Source: Catajapyx aquilonaris
Lineage: Eukaryota
Length of the DNA stretch: 32,109 nt
Direction of reading: 5' to 3'
Assembly: GCA_000934665.2 (NCBI GenBank)
Contig: JYFJ02001036.1
Coordinates: forward strand, 62,001 to 94,109
This document shows, piece by piece, positions 23,968 through 32,109 of the stretch (its first letter is position 1; each line of letters opens with the position of its first letter). The position numbers were made by a program, and so were the translations under genes. The notes below the pieces were generated by a model that saw only the letters and a list, made by a program, of their open reading frames with translations, made no database searches and had not been told where the DNA came from.

Positions 23968-25313
23968 CTGAAAAATATTTAAAACATATGACAGTATTTC
24001 ATAATCATGCCTTCTACTCTGCAAATATCCACTATTTCTCAGCCTGTGGTCCCAGAGAACCATTCATTCCACATGCACCTCTTCATAATATTTCTACAAT
24101 ATAAGGGCAGGTTTACATGCAAGCGATTTGATCAGGAATGTGATGTCCATCACTGAGCGAAAGTAACAATGGTGGTAACAATATATTTTCGCCCCAAACA
24201 ATTGGTCTCATTGCTCAACAATGTACATTTCTGCACATTGCTGATCAAATCACTCACATGTAAAAGCGGCCTAATAGTGCATTTAACCAGGAGGTTCATC
24301 TATGATAATAAGGTTATTTACATGTCCCATCAGAACAAGGAAAGAAAATATAACGGAAAACAACACTTTATGGTTAGGATAATGTCAGGATGGCTAGAAG
24401 GAAGAAGAATGTGTGCAATTATGTGAAAAATAGTTCAACTTTATAAATCTGATGAAATTTTTGTGTCTTTTGTCCAATACATAATAACAAAACTTGGAAA
24501 ACCTTGACCTCACTATTTTCACATTTGCATACACTGGATCCCAGCTGAAGTGTCCACTCTACAGATTGTAAGAGAAGTCAGTTCAGTATCAATAAAAACT
24601 CATTCAAACGCTTACTTCTACTCTATATATCCTAACTTTTCATTTGTAGCCAAATTACATGCATATTGTTGGGAAGCCTCTCAGGGTGGGCAGCACTGAT
24701 CTCATTGTATATAAATCAACTGATTTTTTCTTACTTAATAATTATTATTGAAATAACACTTATTACTTATTCAAAGTCTGATTACAGAGCCACTTGTTTT
24801 AATAAGTTAGCAGCAGATGCCAGCATCTTACCAAAACATGCCAGCAAACTCACAGTAACTCTCCTCAAAGGCATTTCTTTCAACAAACTTCTGCTGGACA
24901 TAATTATAGTCGTAACTGCAGTTACCCAAATACCCAGGAAATGACAAACAATAGTCAACAGGCCTGCTGTAGAGGTGGTCAAGAACAAATTAGCAGAGGT
25001 ATACAGTGACTGGCTGAATGATGTCCCATTCACGTTTTTACTGGATGCATATTATAGCTGCAAGCAATTCTGACTGCCCAAATTATTTTTGAAAAATTAC
25101 ACGTGCGCTCCACCACTTCTAAAGTAGGGCATCAGAAGTGTCGGTAGGGCAGGGATCATAAAGTGATTGTGTGAAGATGTCATGCTACACTAGAACGAAA
25201 TCCCAGGGCACTGAAACCACCAGCACATCTAAACACATGAAATGTGGTGAACAAGCGGACTAATATTTTAGTACAGCCAGACTGAGCCTATCCTCCCCTG
25301 GCAATAAACTCAC

Positions 25314-25436
25314 AGGTTTCCCCCCGATCTTGTTGGTGGTGTAGTCCACATGGCCCATCTCCACCAGCTTGTCCGTGATGAGCTCATCCTCATAGCCCAG
25401 CAGGAAGGTGGGGGCATAGGTGTTGCCCCTTGCCAT
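25314..25436 (-). CDS. PDCD2L: PDCD2-like protein, coding exon 1
   Basis: ATG at 25436; MARGNTYAPTFLLGYEDELITDKLVEMGHVDYTTNKIGGKP with the conserved LLG and NKIGGxP motifs; phase-0 GTGAGT donor. This frame is absent from the ORF track. The joined CDS is 1485 nt and has no MYND finger, so PDCD2L rather than PDCD2. Confidence 0.9.
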
Positions 25437-26237
25437 ACTCTCCTCTTGCTCCGCCTGTCACCTGGCAGCCTTCTCTCTCCCTCACCACGCACGAGATCGA
25501 GGCCCTCTGCCTCCTGCCAATGACCCTCACGCTGGGATCACCAGCTCTTGGCCCCTTGTGATAGCAGCGATGTCTATCTGGCACGCCTGTCACAGCTGAA
25601 CGAGGCCTACCCCCTCGCGATGAAGCTGGACTGGAGAGTAGTTGTTGGGACAACACAACGCACGCGCCCAGCACAAGCCACTCTCATCACTATCCACCCA
25701 AGGTCCCAAGCACAGCAAGAAGAGGAGACCTCACTGCAAAGGACGCGCGTCCGAATCATCGGCATCCAACTCCTGGCGGGACGAGTATCGCCCCTTGCAG
25801 CGCGGGTGCGCGTGCCATGCACTTCCACACATCTTGGAGAGTCCTGGAGGGCACGCTGTGCTGAGCCTGGCTCACGGCAGAGCTTTCATTCTGGATTCCA
25901 GGCCATGAATCAAGAGTTGTGAACTCGTCGCGGGCGCTTCCATTCGGACGCAAGTCGGATGTGGCGTCATCGATCGAATGCACCCGATGCCATCTGGCGG
26001 AGAACAATTGAAATCTAGACACGCACAAAAAAAAGAGGAAAATCAAATCGTATTTAATGCCATTCCTTTACATTACTTCGTGGCGATCCTTCTATTTTAC
26101 CTAATTCCGGTGCCGTGCAATGGCCCGGATCTGGTGTGAGGACACGGAAGGCGTGAGTCCCCCGTAAATGTGCAGAGTTGGCCAGATGAAGCAATGAGTG
26201 GCTGGCTGTGAGAAGAGAATCATCAGTACCTTTAAAG
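25437..26237. promoter_or_regulatory. Probable bidirectional promoter and 5' UTRs of PDCD2L and FAF2
   Basis: 801 bp CpG-rich interval between divergent start codons. CTCF-like TGCCATCTGGCGG (25988-26000), Inr-like ATCAGT (26222-26227) and YY1/Pho-like AAGATGGCCGCC overlapping the FAF2 ATG. Confidence 0.65.
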
Positions 26238-26294
26238 ATGGCCGCCTTTGATCAGTTGACTCAGGATCAAACCGAGCTGTTGTTACAATTCCAG
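26238..26294 (+). CDS. FAF2: FAS-associated factor 2 (UBXD8), coding exon 1
   Basis: MAAFDQLTQDQTELLLQFQ followed by CAG|GTGAGT (phase 0); matches the start of the FAF2 UBA-like domain. Confidence 0.9.
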
Positions 26295-27413
26295 GTGAGT
26301 TACGGGGCGTTACGGGGCTCTGCCCAGCGTTACTTACACCCACGCAGCATGCTCGCACCTTGGGTTGCATCGCCTCTGCCTCGGCTGCCAGCTGGAGTGC
26401 TTATGAAACTCTTCTTGCGATGTCAGCAACGAATTATTTCATTTCCCCTTACACTTATCTGCCAGTCGATAGAGCGTAATTTACTATGTTCGCTTGGTTT
26501 TTATGGTAGACCCCATTTTAGTAAATGTGCACAGGAAATGACCTGTGATTACAGGATATCAACGCGTTTTACTAGTAAAAGCGTCGTTAACACTTCAGAC
26601 TATGAGAGGAAACTAGAGCCATTTTATTGGTGAAGCCTAACATATGTGGTATTTTACTGTGTTTTCTGGCACTCTGCTTCAGGGTGTAGCATGTAGATAG
26701 GCAGTATCTAGAGGGGGCTAATGACTAGCAATGCAAATAGAGGAGCAGTCCAATGACAATGCTGGCATGCAATACCGAAAGAACTTGCATGACTTGGTTG
26801 GGATACAATATTCATGTAAGTGACTTGCCATGATTTCAAATGACAAAAGTCGGCTGATCTGGGGATTATGTTACAAACTTATTCCACTGTCATCACCACC
26901 TACCAGTGCTATTTGGAGAATGCCTGAATCAGGGATTTGCCTGACATTGATGTTCACTTCTAAAAACCACTTCATACACCACTTCCAATTGGTTTTTTCC
27001 TCCCTGCAAATGGCCCTGGTTTATTCTGAAGAGGCTGAATAGGTAGGGTTTGTTTTAGTCAAGCGCTTAGATTTTGTGTTTTCATTGATCTGTTCATCTG
27101 CACATTTACACCTTTCTTACCCTTCCAGCCTATTCCTGGTATTCCCTTTTACTTGTCATCAGTTAATGCAATAGACAAAACCAACTTTTAGTGGCCCAAG
27201 TCCTCCCAAGAGATAAGAGAAATTTGATGTGGTTGAATGATACACTATCCTATACAAACAATAACATTTAAAAGAAATTGAGGTAACTGGCTACCTCCTA
27301 GCTGCCAAAGAGTGGTGAGGTGGCAATAATGTCAATTCTGTACTAGGCAGGCAAAGGGCAAAATTGTATGGTTTCCATTGCTCACTTCTCAGTTGTACAA
27401 TACTTGATGTGTC

Positions 27414-27744
27414 AGGGAGGCGAAGTGGCGCAGCGGTAACGTATGCGCCCACGGATGTTAAGGTCCCGGGTTCGATCCCAACCCGGGGACACCCCCTTCA
27501 TCTCGTGCAGAGTTCGTTGGGGGTCACCTCTGGCTTCGTCTCGGGTGGTATTTCCTACAGACTAAACCACCCGGGGGAGTTCACTAAAAATGGCCTCGTT
27601 TAAGACATTGCACTGCACCTTGCACATCCCCTCCTGTCATCCTGCCCGTGGGCCCGGGCGTTACGTATAAAGGCTCCGATGTACACGACAAATTAAATAA
27701 AGGTCCGTGCTACATACCTCCGTCGAGGTCAAGCACTACCCCGG

Positions 27745-27786
<42 letters not shown>
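27414..27786 (+). mobile_element. tRNA-derived SINE with (ATT)14 tail and 15 bp TSD
   Basis: A box TGGCGCAGCGG (27426-27436), B box GGTTCGATCCC (27469-27479), (ATT)n tail at 27745-27786. Perfect TSD AATACTTGATGTGTC at 27399-27413 and 27787-27801. Confidence 0.92.
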
Positions 27787-27789
<3 letters not shown>

Positions 27790-27816
27790 ACTTGATGTGT
27801 CTTTCAACTTGTTTAG

Positions 27817-28255
27817 GACTTGACAGGCATCGAGAGCTTTGACATATGCCTGGAGACCCTAGGCAGGCACAACTGGGACCTGGAAGCAGCTGTTCAGGAT
27901 CAGTTGAACATCCGGGAAGGACGCCCCACTGAATACTTCCAGTCCTCCTTGCCCCCAACACCTCCTTCAGGTGCTGCAGCAGCTGCCCCTCCTAGTGATC
28001 CGCCGAACCTGGGGTTAGGGAATCACTCTGCCTCTGACCAATGGGTGTACCCAAACAACTTACAAGGAGCTGGAGCAGCACCAGGACAACCTGGCACTAG
28101 TAGAGGAACCTCCACAGCTGTGCAGCCCGCAGGTCCCGCTCCATCTGGAGGATGGATCTACTTTCTTGTCACCTTCCCCTTCCGGTTCTTTTTTGGCAGC
28201 CTCTTTGGAATCCTAGGATTTATCCTCAAGCTTGTTCGTCCTGACAACCGAAGGT
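27817..28255 (+). CDS. FAF2: FAF2 coding exon 2 (UBA-like domain, Pro/Gly/Ala linker, hydrophobic hairpin)
   Basis: TTTAG acceptor; DLTGIESFDICLETLGRHNWDLEAAVQDQLNIREG...GWIYFLVTFPFRFFFGSLFGILGFILKLVRPD; T|GTAAGT donor, phase 1. Confidence 0.92.
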
Positions 28256-28592
28256 GTAAGTGTATCTTTTTAATTACATAAATGCATTTGTGTTGTTCAG
28301 CAATAAGCATCTGTGGTGGTTGTGGTATCCATGATTGAAGTGCCACAGCAAGACTTGGGCAGGACAATTTAGGCAATGTTGGGTGCAGATGTTGGATGTG
28401 GCCATGCCACTAACAGCTTATTTACAGAATTTCATATGACATGGAAACCTAGAGTTCTCAGTCTAATGATAAAGCCAATTATGAATGAAAGACATTCAGT
28501 TGTAAAAATCACCATGTCTCAGTTTAGAATATAAAAGGAAATTTATGAGAGGAGATTATAATATTAATACCTTCCTCCTCCCAACCCATCAG

Positions 28593-29374
28593 ACCTGACA
28601 GATCCAGTAGCAGACGTGGTGTCATTCATCACCCAGTATGAGGCAACATATGGTCGCACGCACCCAACCTTCTACCAGGGTACATATAGCCAGGCTCTGG
28701 CCGATGCTAAGCGTGAATTGCGCTTCCTTTTGGTCTACCTTCACTGCGACGATCACCAGGACACAGTACTGTTCTGCCGCCATGTCCTTACTGCCCCAGA
28801 GGTGATCTCTTTTGTCAATGAGAACTGCCTCTTCTGGGCATGCTCTGTCACTTCACCTGAGGGTTACAGGGTCTCTCAAGCCTTAAGGGAGAATGCATAC
28901 CCATTCTTAGCCCTAGTGGTCTTGAGGGAGAACCGAATGACAGTCGTTGGGAGGATGGAGGGAGGAGTGACAACAAGCATCCCAGAAACTCTAGTGCGTG
29001 AGCTAGAGCAGACAATGAGGGCAAATGAATCATACCTAGTGGCAGCAAGAGCAGATCGCAATGAACGTAGCTTCAATCAGACTTTGAGGCAGCAGCAAGA
29101 TATTGCCTACGAAGAGTCACTTAAGGCTGATCGTGAAAAAGAGAGGCGGAGGCAGAAAGAAAGGGAGGACAAGGAGAAGGAAGAGAGAGTGAAGAGGGAA
29201 GCAGAGGAGGAAGAGAGGAGGCAGAAGGAGGAGATAAAAAGGAGGAAGATAGACTGGGCAGACCGGGTTCCAGATGAGCCTCCCACTGACCACCCAGAGG
29301 CTGTAAGGATCCTCATCAAGCTGCCAAATGGGACAAGGCTTGAGAGGAGGTTCCTCAACCATCAGTCACTTAAG
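28593..29374 (+). CDS. FAF2: FAF2 coding exon 3 (UAS domain, coiled coil, start of UBX domain)
   Basis: CAG acceptor, phase 1; HPTFYQGTYSQALADAKRELRFLLVYLH...IKLPNGTRLERRF; AAG|GTGAGA donor, phase 0. Confidence 0.95.
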
Positions 29375-30640
29375 GTGAGAGAGCTGCTGAAATTTGAGTC
29401 AGATCTTTTTTTCTCAGATTCCAGTTTACATAGGTACAGTCGCAAGCATAAAGATGTGGACAGTAGATCAGAGGAAGAGCTCTGGTCTTGCATCCACATC
29501 TTGATTCTCGCGACTGTACATTGCTAAAAGGGAATGTACACTAAACAGGTCAGTTTTGGGGAGGCTGGCATGACACAATATGATTCTTCAGTATCAAGTT
29601 GAGGTGCATGAACTCTCACTTTTATGCAGCTTCAAGTTAATGACAGGTATAGCATTATTCACTCACTTGCGAACTCCAGAAAAGCAAGCATTCCACAAAC
29701 ATTTCAATTACAGCCAATACTGTATGTTGAGGAGTAAAAGAACCTGTGGTCCTCATATCCTCAAAAGGAAATTGCATTTCACCTGTTAAATTCCATTGAA
29801 GGATGTGACTTTCTGATCAGTTAGTGAGTCATTTGGAAAGTCCTCACAATCCTCTAGTCAGTCTAGTGGGCCATGCACCACATTTTGATACCACTGATTT
29901 AAGAGTGGCATATAAACAGTCCAAGGGATAGCAAAAGATTCTGCCGAGCAAAACCCATGGTGGTTTGTGGGACATTTTCTTCTAATATTTCAGCTGTAAC
30001 AAGTTGACAATAGGGGCAGGGGCCACATACTGGAAGTAGAGCAGTTGACATATGTGGTAGCAGATGCTTTAGATTACCCAAATTTTCCAGTAGGGACATA
30101 CTGGTGCTCAGTTTTCCTCATGTTCCTTTTTATTCCAATTTTCCTATCAACCTTGGACTGCAGTCACCTTCATAAACCCCATTCATTGGCAGGGCATTTT
30201 TTAAAAAATAACCACATTTAAATATAGAAAAGACATATTTTATTTATGGCATGGACAAAAACTGTAAACATGTGAAATGTATACTTAAAGACATGCTCTT
30301 CCATCATTTTTATAGCATTAACCACATTCAAGGTAATTGTAATGCAGGACTAAAGTAACAGGCTAATCAAGGAGTGCACTGTGCTGCAGAATGCCAATTA
30401 TGGCTAACATTTTATTGCAGATAATTGTCTTATTATGATCCTTTGAATTGCTTGATCTAGTGAATCCAATATTATGACAATCTGCTCAGAAATAATGATT
30501 GAAAATCTGGGATTTCATTTTCTGTCCTGAAATGATTTTATCCCATATCTTTGATCTACAATTTAACAGAAAACTGTGGAGCAAGTCAAATCTAGCATCA
30601 TGAGGGCTTCCAAGGTGGTAATTTACTGTTACACTTTCAG

Positions 30641-30820
30641 GTGCTGTACTACTTCGTGTTTTGCCACAGTGAGAGTCCAGATGCGTTTGAGATTGCAACC
30701 AACTTTCCCAAGAGAGTGTTGCCATGCATCCCCTCACAAGATTTGCCTGAGCCTCCCAGCTTCTCTGAAGTTGGACTAGGGAAGTCAGAAGTTGTCTTTG
30801 TATATGATTTGGAGGCTTAA
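30641..30820 (+). CDS. FAF2: FAF2 coding exon 4 (last), C-terminal part of UBX domain
   Basis: TTTCAG acceptor; VLYYFVFCHSESPDAFEIATNFPKRVLPCIPSQDLPEPPSFSEVGLGKSEVVFVYDLEA*, with an FPK in place of the p97-binding FPR loop. Not in the ORF track. The joined CDS is 1458 nt. Confidence 0.92.
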   Translation: MLYYFVFCHSESPDAFEIATNFPKRVLPCIPSQDLPEPPSFSEVGLGKSEVVFVYDLEA

Positions 30821-31365
30821 CAAAATAGAAGAGAAATTATAATGTGACAACTAATGAACTGTGACGATGACCAATTCATTCACATGACAAATCTGATGAG
30901 ACATATTGCAAACAAAAATTTAAGTTGCACCTAAAACCTTCTTTTTAAAATCCTCATGATTCATATGACTCCCTCTACAAGCCACAAGTGCAAACAACAA
31001 CGCAAGTAAACAAGAAATACAACACCTGGACCATCCCCATACTTAAACTGCTGTTGGTTCCTTGAGTGATAAAATGCTGCTTTGTATACCTGCTCCTGTG
31101 TACATATTTTGGAACCACCAACCCCACACGAAGTCATGGACAAATCCTTACATAAAAATTAAGCTCATGTGGGGCAAGGTTTACTTCGCTCTTTTACTCC
31201 TGATTATCCTTATGTACCAATAACCTAAGCAAATGAAGGCATAATACAGCAAAAGATTTTTAAACATAGCTCCTCAGTTATGACTGTGAAATAATTGTTG
31301 CCATGTGAACACTAAAAAAGAGCATCTTTTCCTACTGTGGAACTTTGTTTACAATTACCATACCA

Positions 31366-31380
31366 AATAAAGTTAATAAA
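31366..31380 (+). terminator. Candidate FAF2 polyadenylation signals (two AATAAA)
   Basis: AATAAA at 31366-31371 and 31375-31380, about 550 nt after the stop codon. Confidence 0.45.
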
Positions 31381-32109
31381 GTTATTTATTGAAAACAATA
31401 CTCTTGATTTACATCCCTGCCATGGCACTCACTCGAACATGCCACAAAGTTTTCCCTGAATACTGGTGTCAGACTTCATTTCTCAGTACTGGCTCAGACA
31501 ACTTCCTGAATCTTACTTGTTCATGATTGCTTCAGTAGGTATGCCAGCAGCTGGGCTAAAAGACAATAAGATACATGAAACCCATGCTTATGGGGTCATT
31601 TACAAAATGCCAAAGATCTTGGACACATGTTCTGGAACTGATCTCCTATTTGGTTGCTAAAGGCAACTTAGATTTTGATTAATGTTATTCCTCCTTCCCT
31701 GCAAAATTATTATTAATTACAATTGATGCCTCAGCAGCAACAATAAATTTGTCATTTTTTTGCAGTGTTATGCAGTGGCGTTGAAATTTTACAATGTGGT
31801 AGCCTTAGAGACTTATTGTCAAAAAACCAAAATCCACATAGATCTCTGTGTAAGTTGATCAATGTCATACTGTAGTGCCTCACGATTAGGCGTAAGAGAC
31901 ACCACAAAATAACCCAGGGAAACACACCGGGGAAGAGGTTAAGGTGGAAATGAAGCTAGAGTCACTCAATGAGAATTTTATGAAAAAAACATATGTTACG
32001 CAGTTTTGTGTCCTTATCAATGGTGCAAAGAAAAATATACGTCACCATGCAAATTAGCGAACTAGAGGGCTCAGAAGTTCGCGATTTAACATGGGCCCTT
32101 ATGGCAGAA

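Noticed and set aside
28254..28259. Alternative FAF2 donor AAG|GTGTAA
   Set aside because: Its phase is incompatible with the conserved exon 3 frame; GTAAGT at 28256 fits.
29375..29527. C-terminal extension of the 303 aa FAF2 ORF
   Set aside because: Read-through into intron 3; the true end of the UBX domain is exon 30641-30820.
30892..30930. CTGATGAG hammerhead-like core
   Set aside because: No stem II, GAAA core or flanking helices.
1..32109. CRISPR array, operon or prokaryotic/viral system
   Set aside because: No regularly spaced repeats and no dense intronless ORFs; the recognisable genes are spliced eukaryotic genes.

Overview
Eukaryotic genomic DNA with spliceosomal GT-AG introns. 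The gene content, mosaic CpG depletion, SINEs and MITEs suggest an invertebrate, probably an arthropod (inference). Three protein-coding genes are supported. (1) The first coding exon of a C1-domain protein, most likely diacylglycerol kinase theta (minus strand, 13424-13706). Its GC-rich 5' region lies at about 13.7-15.0 kb and the following intron appears to run off the left end of the window. (2) A complete 5-exon PDCD2L/Trus-like gene (minus strand, 19606-25436, 494 aa by my exon joining). (3) A complete 4-exon FAF2/UBXD8 gene (plus strand, 26238-30820, 485 aa), head-to-head with PDCD2L across about 800 bp. Non-coding DNA holds two tRNA-derived SINEs, pogo/Tigger-, hAT- and piggyBac-type MITEs, a mariner derivative built from two inverted 3' ends, an approximately 500 bp near-perfect foldback palindrome and an approximately 170 bp multi-stem hairpin. 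I see no convincing new multi-gene system. The most unusual items are the long palindromes, the double-3'-end mariner, a SINE inserted 30 bp from a FAF2 splice acceptor, and a sharp CpG-density switch inside the DGK intron. Most ORFs in the supplied track look spurious.
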